A stretch of 64,000 nt of DNA from Haliotis cracherodii. Taxonomy: Eukaryota. The translations under genes were made by a program, and so were the position numbers. The stretch spans positions 33,294,001-33,358,000 of the forward strand of contig NW_027266330.1 of NCBI RefSeq assembly GCF_022045235.1, written 5' to 3'. The stretch's first letter is position 1. Each line of letters opens with the position of its first letter. This document shows, piece by piece, positions 11,222-25,657 of the stretch. The notes under the pieces were generated by a model. That model was given only the letters and a program-made list of their open reading frames with translations. It made no database searches and was not told the origin of the DNA.

Positions 11222-13611
11222 ATTTTACCCCGAAAGTATGAAAACAGGACCATTTGTCATATATCTGCCCGCTGATCGTCGCGCATGATTATTGACAATC
11301 CCAAATGGTTGCACAGCTGTCACTGCTTTGCTGACTGAAGGTGTTACTATTAATTAGTTCACTCAACTTTTATTCAGTACATGACAAATCACTTTATCAT
11401 GGCAGCCTTTACTCAGTCTAATCAATGGTTTCCTGTCTTTTATGATTCAAGCGGTATCGTGCTTAGGCCATTATATTGATATACATTTTTTTGTACTTAT
11501 CAGGACAAGTCAACAACGGTATAAGGATCTATACCGAAACGTCGCTTTTTACAGTATTAAAGAAGTTGTTATCAATAAAATTGTGTCTACCTTCTATTGT
11601 GTTGTCTTCCTTCACCTCACCACACCTCACCTCACTTCACCTCACCTCACCTCACCGCAACGCAACGCAACGCAACGCAACGCAACGCAACGCAACGCAA
11701 CGCAACGCAACACAACGCATTGCATTACATTATAACCTCCAGTTTCTCTTGATATCAATGACTATTACTTTCCACCAAGCAGTGACGTGAACCACACCAT
11801 TAGTATGTTTCTTGGCAGAACCATACCCAAGCTCGTAGATTTCACCAGATTGGGTAACGTCTAAGACATAACTTAAGGCTTTCCTTCCACATTAAGCTGA
11901 CATGCCGTATAACTGGAATATTGTTCAAAGCGTCAATAAACCAAACGTACTCACTCGGTGGCACAGATGACCTTGTCCAGTTGCGTCCCTTGGCTACGCC
12001 AGAAACCTATGATCACGGGTTTAAACCAAACTCTATCACTCACTCACTTGTAATTTTATCTCGACCCCGATGACTATTACCTATACTAAGTCAGTGACCC
12101 GGGGTCACCTGCTGGTGATTTATCATGTATTATTAAATGGTAGTTATCAAATACACTGTTTATTAAAATATTCATTCTAACCACACAACTCACTGACTTT
12201 AATTCTACCATGACATTAAAGAATGTTTGAATCTGATGTTTCTTGGGCTACGGAAGCCCCTTTTAAATATATTAAGCATTTTCACGATCACCCATAGGAA
12301 CTTAAAGCATTAAGCATTACCTCTATTACACGCTGGGTCGCCAATGCAAGCCAGGTCTCTGATACACGCCGAAATTAATAGACGGCCTAGCGTCTGATAG
12401 AGGAAATACGGTATTTTGATAACGGAGGTTTTTATCGGTGATGTGATGTTCTAGGTAGTAACCTTGCTTCGATGATGATATTATAAGGCTCGACGAAAAT
12501 ATATATTTTGCATACAAATGATAATGTTTATAAAACTGTTAGGGACATGTTCGATGAACAGACCCAGAACAGGCAATTTCCTCATTGACAATGAAAGTAC
12601 AATATAACATTATAAAATGTGTTGTTAAAAACTTTATTCATGACAACATATTGTTTACAAACAGTTTTGTAATCGACAATCATTGCCATGTCCGTCAACC
12701 ACAAACGTTAGGTGGAGGGGGTTTGAAAGTCCATCAGAATACACTCCTCCCTTTGAAAGGCCACGGAAACAATGTCCCAACATCACTTGAGCCACAGAAC
12801 GGGCACTTGATCATAACAACTTATCAAACTTGATGAACTTCATTTCTGAAGACACATAATTAAGGAAATCATACACAAACCACTGTTTTTGGGCAATAAC
12901 TGTCACATTTGTTTCACACACTGGCATCGAATACTGTGAAATCTTGAAACTGACAGGTCAAATCACATCCCTCCTGTCAAAATAGCCGGCTCATCCGCAG
13001 CCTAAAAATGGAGCTGTTCAGTCATTCTCCAGTTCAATTGGCAACCACGTTGCACCATCAGGCTCATTCCCTGTAAATCTACAAGTTACTCTTCAACCAC
13101 ATCATAGATCAGGGTTGTCATCTTGCTTCTTGTAACTTGTATCTACTCTACAGCGGGACTCAATCACATTTCAAAACACAGTAGGTTTATCTCCTAAATA
13201 ATATCCTTTTTGCTCTGTAGTTTCGTGAGGATTAAATAATGTTTTCCATCGATGTAACTGTTTTGATTTCTTCATGGGAAATGTAACAACATTTGTCACA
13301 AAGACAGACAGCTTGGGTTAAGGTTTGGAAACTATTGATATGAAAGTATAACATATAATGCTTAATGCATTACTTCATAAGACGGCCAAACATGCTTATT
13401 TTTCCGTAGAAATTAAGAATAATAAGAATTCTGAACTATATTTAAAGTTATGTGTTATCATAGATTCAAGCAAGTTATAAAATATATTCTAAATATAACT
13501 ATGTGGTATTGCTTGATTATATTATATCATGTGTTGTGTTGTGTTGTTGTGTTGTGTTGTGTTGTGTTTTGCTGTGTTGTGTGGTGGGAGATTATGGAGC
13601 GTTATCCTACA

Positions 13612-16600
13612 CTAAAGGAAAACTATCACAGGGCCTGTTTCATTCTTATCAGGATCAATATCCATCAGTTCGTAATGGTGTGCTTCCGGCTGTCCCACTG
13701 GATATTCCTCTTCTTTGTCATCTGTTTCTTGCCTGTAAGAAAAATCATGTGTTTGTTTATCGTCATTGGTAATAGGACATATGAATATTATCTCCGTATT
13801 CAGGGAGGTGTGGATGTGGAGTGTGGAGTGTGGGGAGTTTATCGAAAGAAGGAAATTATCCCCAGAAAGGCTTGAAAAATATTATTATGCTTCAGACTGT
13901 TGAAAGAAATATTAAACAGAAAATCAAATTGTCGGTCCTTAGCATATATGTAAAATAGGATACGTCATAGTGCTCAGATGAGAGCATATATGTTAAATAT
14001 TACAGAAAGCATTCTTAATTTGTCTTGTTCATTGTTTACATAAAACACTTGAATATAAACCTTTTGGTGCGTTCGTAGCATCCAATGCATACAGCTACCA
14101 TGATGCCAACCAGGCAACACGCTGATGATGTTCCGATAATGATCAGTGGAAGGCTCTCATTGGTAGGCTCTGTGGAAACAATAATGTTATCAAGTTTAAT
14201 TATATTGTTAATGTGTACGTACACGTATATGTCGCTTATAAACACCAGAATAGTGGCACAGTAAAATAGTTTGCATATCAATAGGTGTAACACCTAAAAC
14301 CTTGAACTTATGACACAAAGTACCTACAAATGGACAGATGTTCAAATAGGATGTGTAAATAAATTATCTGTGATCAAGTAAAGTGGATGACCTAAATGTT
14401 TATCATATATTTGTATTCTCCGTTCCTACATCTCAGGGTAAATTAGATTGGGTCATGTTGGAACATTAGAGAAGGCTTAATGAAAACCCATAAAATCAAC
14501 ACCTGTGACCCATTCTAACCTTATCTCTAAACTTATTGTTATAAATCCAAACCATACCAGTGTGACATTGAACAAAGTTTAATCATCATTCATCTGGAGA
14601 CAGCTGATAACCTTTCTACGAGTGGGTGAGTGAGTATGGTTTTACGCCGCTTTTAGCAATATTCCAGCAATATCATGGCGGGGGACACCAGAAACGGGCT
14701 TCACACATTGTACCCATGTCGGGAATCGGCGTGATGAGCGATCGCTTTCTACGAAGAAGGATATTGGTCATCAATTACATCAACGGAATATCATATTCAC
14801 ACACAAATGAGTTATCTTATAAATTGGTTGATGTATTATTCTATTCCATTGCTGCATCTGTTTTAATTCCTTCACGGGCAATGCCAGGAAATTGTCAGGT
14901 TTCAGATGGTCAGTGTTTTGTCAACATCATATTAAAGAAGTTTGGGTTTAGTTTTTCGAAACTATTGACATGAATGTATAACATATAATGATCTTTATTA
15001 CCGTCAATGCATATCCCACAGGTAGTTCTCAGAGTGACATTCGTGATCAATGCAGTTTCCAAAGCATGAAAAGCCCGACCCAGTTTAACGTGGTGTACAA
15101 TCATCTACACATGCCCCTAAATCAGTGCAGGACATATTTACACACTTCGAGTTTCATCGAGATGAGCAATTAGTACAATACCATCCGACATTACAACCAT
15201 GGAACGATCTCCTGAATAGTTGTCACATTCGAGGATACAATTGTTGGGAGAGGGGGGATTTCTGGCACATGCTGGGACAGAAGTTGGTTGAGTGCCAGCG
15301 CGACAGTTTTTACTGCACATCTTTGCACACCAGTAACCATGATATCCAAATAAATAGGTCTTACCACATGTAATTTCCTTGACGCAGGTATCTATAGGAC
15401 AGTCACTTGAACAGGTAGACTTGCATCTTTGATCAGTAATGTTGCATCCGTTGGTGCAGGTTCCAGACTCCTGCTCACAAATCCCATCAATGCAAACCTC
15501 ACAGCTGGCGTTACAAAATGCACCGTAATAACCATTGTCACACCCTTTCGCACAGGTTCCGTTCTCAGAGAAACAAATATGCTCGTTGCAATTTTCAAAG
15601 CATGAACAGTCTGAACCAGCATATCCTGGTGCACAGCCAGCTACACACGCCCCTGAATCAGTGCAGGACATATTTACACACCTCGGGTTACATTGAGTTG
15701 AGCAGTTGGCTCCAAACCACCCGCCATTACAGCCATGAATACAGATTCCTGTCATGTTGCCACATTCGGGACTACAATTGTTTGAAGCATTTCTGTCACA
15801 TGCATCAAGGCCAGCGCGGCAGTTTTCACTGCACACTTTTTCACACCAGTGACCATAAAATCCGCGATTACAACCTTCTTTGCATCCGGCCTTGCATGTT
15901 CCTTTACAATTCTCACATGACATCTCACAGTTGGGACCAGTGTATGGCGAATGACACTTGTCACATATTCCAGTGCTTCTATTGCACGATTTACATTGTT
16001 CAGAACAGTTCTTGCAGTCACGGCCATAGTAGGAGTCCACGCATCCAGAAACACAGGATGAATTCAGCTGGCAGTACTTACCGACACAACCTCCTTTGCA
16101 TTCTGTACACTGTCTCCAATTCTCATCACATGGTATGTTGCACCTTGGACCTTGGAATCCTGAAATACAGCCATTGGTGCATACCTCGGTGCCACTGTTT
16201 GTGATTTCACAAAATTTATATCTGCAGCCACTGCTGCACTTAGATGTGCATGTCTTTCCGAAATACCCAGTGTGACACTTTGATGTGCAGTAACCTGTGT
16301 CGTCACAGCTAACGCAGTTCTGCCAATAATCGCGGGGTGTTGCTGAAAAAAAAGAATAAGCATTTATATCGGACAGAGGTAAGCAAATAGGCAAATCTAT
16401 GAGAGCATATTGTGATCCTTCAGACGACTGGGTAGTAGTCATAGTACTTTTGAAAGTAGGATATTGGATCCCTGAGTGCTATGAGAGCAAATTGTGAAGC
16501 TTCAGTGAGTGAGTGAGTATGGTTTTACGCCATTTTTTAGCAATATTCCAGTAATATCAGGGCGGAGGACACCAGAAATGGGCTTCACACATTGTGACCA

Positions 16601-16709
16601 TTTCGGGAATCAAACACGGGTCTTAAGCATGACGAGCGAACGCTTTAGCCACTAGGCTTCCGACCTGCGAAGCTTCAGGCGACTGGGTAGTAGTAATAGT
16701 ACTTTTAGC

Positions 16710-16759
<50 letters not shown>

Positions 16760-16863
16760 CAGCGTCAGTAGTAGTAGTAACTCTGGCAGTAGTAGTTGTA
16801 CTGGTAGTAGTAATAGTAGTTGTAGTAGCGGCAGTTGTAATAGCAGTAGTAGCAGTGGTCGTG

Positions 16864-16906
<43 letters not shown>

Positions 16907-17248
16907 CTGGGCCAATAATGAACGTTTCTTCTTATAATAGTAATGTTTATTTTGAAACAAACTACAATGTTTAATATATCTTTATTCTTCGCAACACTTA
17001 GTCAATTTATGAAAGTAGGATAGTGAACCGTGAGTTATTCCCCTTTCAAAAAAACTCCATGTGGGGATTGTATAAGTCCAGGTTGAAATAAGTACGTGAA
17101 GAATATGATAAATTAGACTCCTATAGTCACAAAACCAAGAACGTTTATCTTTCGAAGCATAATCCTGGTCGAGACAATGCATATCTGCAAACTTACCTTG
17201 TATGAAAAGTAGAACGGATGCAAAACATAGGATCACCACAGAAGTCAT
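13612..17248 (-). CDS. Multi-EGF-like type I membrane receptor, copy 2, 419 aa
   Basis: Exons 17248-17197, 16342-15365 (978 nt), 14169-14061, 13732-13612. Frame open, GT-AG introns. The first ectodomain Cys is replaced by Arg. Confidence 0.88.
16505..16667 (-). mobile_element. Short tRNA-derived SINE, specific to the copy 2 intron
   Basis: Same family as 48174-48336; TSD gaagcttcag. Confidence 0.8.
16706..16905. repeat. (GTA)n microsatellite expansion
   Basis: Imperfect GTA trinucleotide run; it explains the poly-L and poly-V ORFs. Confidence 0.95.
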
Positions 17249-20200
17249 GATATGTCTGAAAATGAAAAATAATATAAACCCACCAATCAGCACAGCAAAC
17301 ATATTACTGTATTACTCGAAATAAGTATATGTTTAATCTACTTACTGGTTATGAGAAAGGAACATTTTCAATGTTGGTGTATCAAGCTACAACAATTGAT
17401 ATGGCCTCCGGGTGTTTACTTGTGCGAGTTGTAATCGCGGAATCAGACTTCATATTGACAGTTAACCTTCAACTTCCCTATAAGGGGGAACTAGGAAATG
17501 AATCTGCTTATTAATAAAACATGTGCTCTCTTATGAGAAGAGTTATCTCTTAGTCATGTTGCCAAAATGTACTTAATGATTTCTCTTTCTATTAGCTACG
17601 TGATCAGACTGTTTTTGTTGTTTTTTCATGTAGAACATTACCAAATGATTCCCGTTAGAGAACCGTTTTTATTGCGAGTATATTTCAAAATGTTGTTTGT
17701 TTTTGTATATCTGACGTGGACGCGTATAGTAATGTATTTTACTCACATAAATTGTGAAAGAAAAAGTTTAAAGTTGGAAAAAGACATCACTGGCACAAAT
17801 GTGGTGTACAGGCTCTCCCCTCATTGTGCAACCTGGCAATACACTGTACAACATCCCTCATATCCCTGGGGTTAAAGGCAACAATGGCAGGGATACAAGT
17901 TAGAATGTCGTCTAAGGAGACGCAATTAGCAATGTAGACCTGATTTGTCTTACCTGTGCTCGTGGGATTCGACAAAGTAAAAACGTCTTATACCTGCAAC
18001 GCCTCAAGCTTTCTTCTTACATGAAGCTGGTACGATGTAAAATAATCGTAATTCTATTCAAAGAGGGGCTTAACCAAATTCATTCACTCACCAATAAAGG
18101 AACGCTAAGATTGCACATTTCTCCTGTTGCCACTGGTCAGAACGACATTTCTGAAAAGTCCATTTCAAGCTCCTGACAAGGTGAGGTGAGGTGAAATTGG
18201 GTTTAACGTCGCGTCCGAGATTATTGCACTTATATATTCAAGGTGTATGCACGTGTGTGTGTTTGTGTGGCTGCTTGTACTAGTCCGGACTGATGCCGAT
18301 TTATAGTGCTAGCTCACAGAGATACCATGCCGCAGTTTAACATGAATACCCCACTCAGACATATTATACTGACTCCTAGCCGACCAGTCCTTCTTTTAGC
18401 CCCTTAATGCCGAGCGCCAGACAGGGTAACAACAAGTACCATATTTTAACGTCTTTTGGTATGGTTTGGTTTGGTTTGTTTGTTGTTTCCTGACACCGAC
18501 TCCGAGCCGACCAGTCCATCTTACCTGTGCTCGTGGGATTCGACAGTGAAAACGTCTTATACCTTCAACGCCTCAAGCTTTCGTCTTACATGAAGCTGGT
18601 ACGATGATATATAATCGAAATAACATTCAAAGCGGTGCTCAAACAACTTCACTCAGTCACCAATAAAGGAACGCTAAGATTGCACATTGCTCCTGTTGCC
18701 ACTGGTCAGAACGACATTTCTGAAAAGGTCCATTTCAAGCTCCTGACAGGGATAGCCCGTTCGCGAAACTCTGTATATGCTATCGCTGCCCAAAACATGT
18801 CCCCACAGTTCAATAGCAGCCTGAAACAACGCTTGGAGTTGAACGCACAATCAACTAACTTGTGTTTGCAAACAAGAGATGACTGTCGTGAAGCCGAAGA
18901 CACTTACCTCAGCTAAATGTTTCCTTTGTTAGTCAATTTGAATTTCTAATATTTCAACTATTGTAAGATGGTGAGGTGAAATCGGGTTTAAATTCGCGTC
19001 CAAGATTATTGCACTTATATAGCAACGTGCATGCACCTGTGTGTGTTTGTGTGGCTGCTTGTACTAGTCCGGACTGATGCCGATTTATAGTGCTAGCTCA
19101 CTGAGATACCATGCCGCAATTTAACATGAATACCCCTTCAGACACAGTTTACTGACTCCGAGCCGACCAGTCCTTGTTTAAGGCCTTAATGCCGAGCGCC
19201 AGACGGGGTAACAACAAGTACCATCTTTTAACGTCTTTTGGTATGGTTTGGTTTTGTTTTTGTTTTTTTGTTTAACGCCGCACTCAGTAATATTCCAGCT
19301 ATATGACGGCCATCTGTAAATAATCGAGTCTGGACAAGACAATCCAGTGATTGACAACATGAGTATCGATCCACGTAATTAGGATACTATGACATGCATT
19401 AACCAAGTCAGATAGCCTGACATCCCGATCCCGTTAGTCGCCTCTTACGACAAACACAGTCGCCTTTTATGGCAAGCATGGGTTGCTGAAGACCTATTCT
19501 ACCCCGGATCTTCACAACATTTTCGTTGACTGCAGTTTGACATTGATCAAACAAAGTTCAGTCGTTCAGTCACTGCGAACATCACTGACCTTCTCGGTCG
19601 ACCTGGTCTTTCTTCTGAGAATTTGTAATTTGTAGTTATGCACAGCCCATGATCCGTGGCCAGTCATTGCACATAATATCTGTTCATCTACCCATGCCTA
19701 GTGAAGACAGTTAGCAGTGGTTAATGCGTATTCACGTCAAGCCAACTGTTTTACACATTCTCTGTACCGTAGTAACAACCTTATTTTAGCCCAAAGGTTG
19801 TTCACAAAACCACAGATTCTATCTAGATGATCTGTTCATCAGTCACAAAGGACTCGGTTTTGTTTGTTTGTTTGTTGATTAACGCCACACTCAGCAATAT
19901 TCAAGCTATTTGTCGGCGTTCTGGACCAGACAATACAGTGATTGACATCATCAGCATCGATCCATGCAATTGTGATCACCCGATCCCGTTAGTCCCCTAA
20001 TACGACAAGCATAAGATATTGTAGTGAAGGGTGCAGGCAATGCACACGGAGAAACAATTACATAAGACTGATGTGCACGTGTGTACATGTGTTTGGTCTT
20101 TTTTTTCATTTGATTCTATTTTAGATTAAGAAAACATGGGTTGCTGAAGACCTATTTTACCCCGAAAGTATGAAAAGAAGACCATTTGTCATATATCTGC

Positions 20201-22605
20201 CCGCTGGTCGTCGCGCATGATTATTGACAATCCCAAATGGTTGCACAGCTATCACTGCTTCGCTGACTGAAGGCGTTACTATTTATTAGTTCACTCAACT
20301 TTTATTCAGTACATGACAAATCACTTTATCGTGGCAGCCTTTGCTCAGTCTAATCAACGGTTTCCTGTCTTTTAGGATTCAAGCGGTATCGTGCTTAGGC
20401 CATTATACTGATATACATTCTTTTTGTACTTATCAGGACAAGTCAACAACGGTATAAGGATCTGTACCGAAACGTCGCTTTTTACAGTATTAAAGAAGTT
20501 GTTATCAATAAAATTGTGTCTACCTTCTATTGTGTTGTCTTCCTTCACCTCACCACAACTCACCTCACTTCACCTCACCTCACCGCAACACAACACAACG
20601 CAACGCATTTCATCACCTCCAATTTCTCTTGATATCAATGACTATTACTTTGCACAAAGCAGTGACGAGCACCACACATATTCTTGGCAGCACCATACCC
20701 ATGCTCGTGGATTTCACCAAATTGGAAAACGTCTAAGGCCTGCATAACTTTAGGCTTTCCTCCCACATTAAGCTGACACGCCGTGTAACTGGAATATTGT
20801 TCAAAGCGTCATTGAACCAAACATACTCACTCACTCGATGGCATAGATGACCTTGTCCAGAGTTGCGTCCCTTGGCTCCCCCAGACATCTATGATCACGG
20901 GTTTAAACCAAACTCACTCACTCAGTTGTAATTTTATCTCGACCCCGATGACTATAACCTATACCAAGTCAGTGACCTGGGGTCACCTGCTGGTGATTTA
21001 ATTCATGAGTGTTTCACGTTCTAAAGACATTGTTTGACGTCATCCTCCACTAAACGAAAACGTCTAAATTTTCTATGTATTATTAAATGGTGGTTATAAA
21101 ATACATTGTTTATTAAAAGATTCATTCTAACCACAAAACGCACTGACATTAACTCTACTATGACGTTGAGGTATAATTGATTCTGATAATGTTTTGCCTC
21201 GAAAAGCCCCTTTTAAATATATTAAGCCTTTTCATGCACAAAAAAACGTGCATATGAATACTTCGAATACCTACAAGTTGATTCATAAATAATGGCTGCC
21301 GTTCGATTACCTATAGGAACTTCAAGCATTAAGCACTACCTCTAGTACACGCCATGTCGCAAATGCAAGACAGGTCTCAGATACACACCGACATTAATAG
21401 ACGGCCTAGCCTCTGATAGAGGAAATACGGTAGTTTGATATCGGATGTTTTTATCGATGATGTGATGTTCTAGGCAGTAACCCTGCTTCCATGATGAGTT
21501 TATAAGGCTTAACGAAAGCATATCTTTTGCATACAAATGATAATGTTTATGAAACTGTTAGGGACATGTTCGATGAACAGACCCAGAACAGGCAATTTCC
21601 TCATTGACAATGAAAGTACAATATAACATTATAAAAAGTGTTGTAAAAAACTTCATTCATGACAACATGTTGTTTACAAACTGTTTTGTAATCGACAATC
21701 ATTGCCATGTCCGTCAACCACCAACGTTAGGATTTGGCAGGAGGGGATTTGAAAGTCCATCAGAATACACTCCTCCCATTGAAAGGCTACGAAAACAATG
21801 TCCCAACATCACTGGAGTCACAGCACGGGCACTTGATCATAACAACTTATCCAACTTGATGAACTTCCTTTCTGAAGACACATAATTAAGCAAATCATAC
21901 ACAAACCACTGTTTTGGGGCAACAACTGTCACATTTGTTTCACACACTGGCATCGAATACTGTTATCTTGAAATTGACAGGTCAAATCAGATCCCTCCTG
22001 TCAAAAAAGCTGGCTCATCCGCAGCCTAAAAAGCGGCTGTTCATTCATTCTCCAGTTCCATTTCCAATCACGTTGCACCATCAGGCTCATTCCTGGTAAA
22101 TCGACAAGTAAGTCTTCAACCACATCATAGATCGGGGTTGTCATCTTGCTTTTTGTAACTTGTATCTACTCTACAGCGGGACTCCATCAAATTTCAAAAC
22201 ACAGTAGGTTTATCTCCTATACTTTATGCTCTGTAGATTCGTGAGGATTAGATAATGTTTTCCATCGATGTAACTGTTTTGATTTCTTCATGGGGAATGT
22301 TTTAACTGACAAGTGTTTAGTCAACATTTGTCACAAAGACAGACAGCTTGGGTTAGGTTTTGCAAACTATTGATATGAGAGTATGACATATAATGTTTTA
22401 GGCATTACTGAATAAGACGGCTAAGCATGCTGATTATACCGTAGAAATTAAGAATAATAAGAATTCTGAACTATATTTAAAGTTATGAGTTATCATAGAT
22501 TCAAGCAAGTTATAAAATATATTCTAAAAATAACTAAGTGTTGTGTTGTGTTGTGTTGTGTTGTGCTGTGTTGTGTGGTGGGAGATTATGGGGCGTGATC
22601 CTACA

Positions 22606-25600
22606 CTAAAGGAAAACTATCACAGGGCCTGTTTCGTTCTTATCAGGATCAATATCCATAAGCTCGTACTGGTGTGCTTCCGGCTGTCCCACTGGAAATT
22701 CCTCTTCTTTGTCGTCTTTTTTTTGCCTGTAAGAGAAATCATGTGTTTGTTTATCGTCATTGGTAACAGGACATAGGAATATTATCTCCGTATTCAGGGA
22801 GGTGTGGGGTGTGAAGTGTGGAGTGTGGGGAGTTTATCGAAAGAAGGAAATTGTCCCCGAAAAGGCTTGAAATTTTTTATTATCCTTCAGACTGTTGAAA
22901 GAAATAATAAACAGAATATCAAATTATCGGTCCTAAGTATATATGTAAAATAGGATACGTCACAGTCCTCAGATGAGAGCATATATGTTAAATATAACAG
23001 AAAGCATTCTTAATTTGCCTTGTTCATTGTCTACATAAAGCACTTGAATATAAACCTTTTTGTGCGTCCGTAGCATCCAATGCATACAGCTACCATGATG
23101 CCAACCAGGCAACACGCTGATGATGTTCCGATTATGATCAGTGGAAGGCTCTCACGGGTAGGCTCTGTGGAAACAATAATGTTATCAAGTTTAATTATAT
23201 TGTTAATGTGTACATACACGTATATGTCGCTAATAAACACCAGAATAGTGGCACAGTAAAATAGTTTACATGCAGGGCCTCTACATCAATAGGTGTAATA
23301 CCTTAAACCTTGAACTTATGAGACAAAGTACCTACAAATGGACAGATGTTCAAATAGGATGTGTAAATAAATTATCTGTGATCAAGTAAAGTGGATGACC
23401 CAAATGTTTATCATATATTTGTATTCTCCGTTCCAACATCTCAGGGTTATAAATCCAAACCATACCAGTGTGACATTGAACAAAGTCTAATCATCATTCA
23501 TCTGGAGACAGCTGATAACCTTTCTACGAGTGAGCGAGTGAGTGAGTGAGTATGGTTTTACGCCTCTTTTAATAATGTTACAGCAATATCAAGGCGGGGG
23601 ACACCAGAAACGGGCTTCACACATTGTACCCATGTTGGGAATCGAACCCGGGTCTTCGGTGTGACGAGCGATCGCTTTCTACGAAGAAGGATATTAGTCA
23701 TCAATTACATCAACGGAATATCATATTCACACACAAATGAGTTATCTTATAAATTTGTTGATGTATTTCATTGATGCATCTGTTTTAATTCCTTCCCGGG
23801 GATAGCCCGTAATTTTCAAGTTTCAGATGGTCAGTGTTTTGTCAACATCATATTAAAGAAGTTTGGGTTTAGTTTTTCTAAACTATTGACATGAATTACG
23901 ATCTCCTGAATAGTTGTTACATTCGAGGATGCAATTGTTGGGCAGGGGGATTTCTGGCACATGCTGGGACAGAAGTTGTGTGACAGTTTTTACTGCACAC
24001 CTTTTCACACAAGTAGCCATAATATCCAAATAAATAGGTCTTACCACATGTAATTTCCATGACGCAGGTATCTATAGGACAGTCACTTGAACAGGTAGAC
24101 ATGCATCTTTGATCAGTAATGTTGCATCCTTTGGTGCAGGTTCCAGACTCCCGGTCACAAATCCCATCAATGCAAACCTCACAGCTGGTGTTACAAAATG
24201 CACCATAATAACCATTGTCACACCCTTTCGCACAGGTTCCGTCCTCTGAGAAACAAATATGCTCGATGCAGTTTTCAAAGCATGAACAGTCTGAACCAGC
24301 ATATCCTGGTGCACAGCCAGCTACACACGCCCCTGTATCAGTGCAGGACATATTTACACACCTCGGGTTACACTGAGTTGAGCAGTTAGCTCCATACCAC
24401 CCGCTATTACAGCCATGAATACAGATTCCTGTCATGTTGTTACATTCGGGACTACACTTCTTTGAAGCATTTCTGTCACATGTGCCAGGACCAGCGCGGC
24501 AGTTTTCACTGCACACCTTTTCACACCTGTAACCATAAAATCCGCGATTACAGCCTTCTTTGCATCCGATCTTGCATGTTCCTTTACAATTCTCACATGA
24601 TATCTCACAGTTGGGACCAGTGTATGGCGAATGACACTGGTCACATATTCCAGTGCTTCTATTACACGATTTACATTGTTCAGAACAGTTCTTGCAGTCA
24701 AGGCCATAGTAGGAGTCCACGCATCCAGAAACACAGGATGAACCCAGCTGGCAGTACTTATCGACACAACCTCCTTTGCATTCTGTACACAGTCTCACCT
24801 TCTGTTCACATGGTATGTTGCACCTTGCACCGTAAAATCCTGAAATACAGCCATGGGTGCATGTATCGGTGCCACTGTCACTGGATAGGTTACATGACAT
24901 ATTCCTGCAGCCACTGCTGCACTTAGATATGCATCTCTTGCCGAAATACCCAAGTTGACACTTTGATATGCAGTTACCTATGTCATCACACCTTAAGCAG
25001 CTATGGCTAAACTTGCAGGGTTTTGCTGAAAAGAAAGAATAAGCATTTAGATCGGACAGAGGTAACCAAATAGGCAAAGCTATGAGAGCAAATTTTGATG
25101 CTTCAGACGACTGGGTAGTAGTCATAGTACTTTTGAAAGTAGGATATTGGATCCATGAGTGTTATTGACTTTTGAAACCTTCATGTTAATGATTGAAAAT
25201 ATGTCCAGGTTGAAATAAATATGCTTTGCTTGCTTGTTAGTTGTTAAACGCCGCACTCAGCAGTAGTCAAGCTATATGGCGGCGGTCTGTAAACAATCGA
25301 GTCGGGACTAGACAATTCAGTGATTGAAATCATGAGAATCGATCCACGCTATTGGGATACGATGACATGTATCAACCAGGTCAGCGAGCCTGACCACCCA
25401 ATCCCGTTGGTCGCCTCATAAGACATGCATAGTCGCTTTTTACGGCATGCATGGGTTGCTGAAGACCAATTCTACCCCGGATCTTCACGGATCGAAATAA
25501 ATATGTGAAGAATATGATAAATTAGACTCCTATAGTCACAAAACCTAGAACGTTTATCTTTCGAAGCAGATTCCTAGACGAAACAATGAATATCTGCAAA

Positions 25601-25657
25601 CTTACCTTGTATGAAAAGTAGAACGGATGCAAAACATAGGATCACCACAGAAGTCAT
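22606..25657 (-). CDS. Multi-EGF-like type I membrane receptor, copy 3, 420 aa
   Basis: Exons 25657-25606, 25025-24045, 23164-23056, 22726-22606. Frame open. Tail RQKKDDKEEEFPVGQPEAHQYELMDIDPDKNETGPVIVFL*. Confidence 0.88.

Noticed and set aside
16652-16974. Poly-Leu and poly-Val ORFs
   Set aside because: Translations of the (GTA)n microsatellite.
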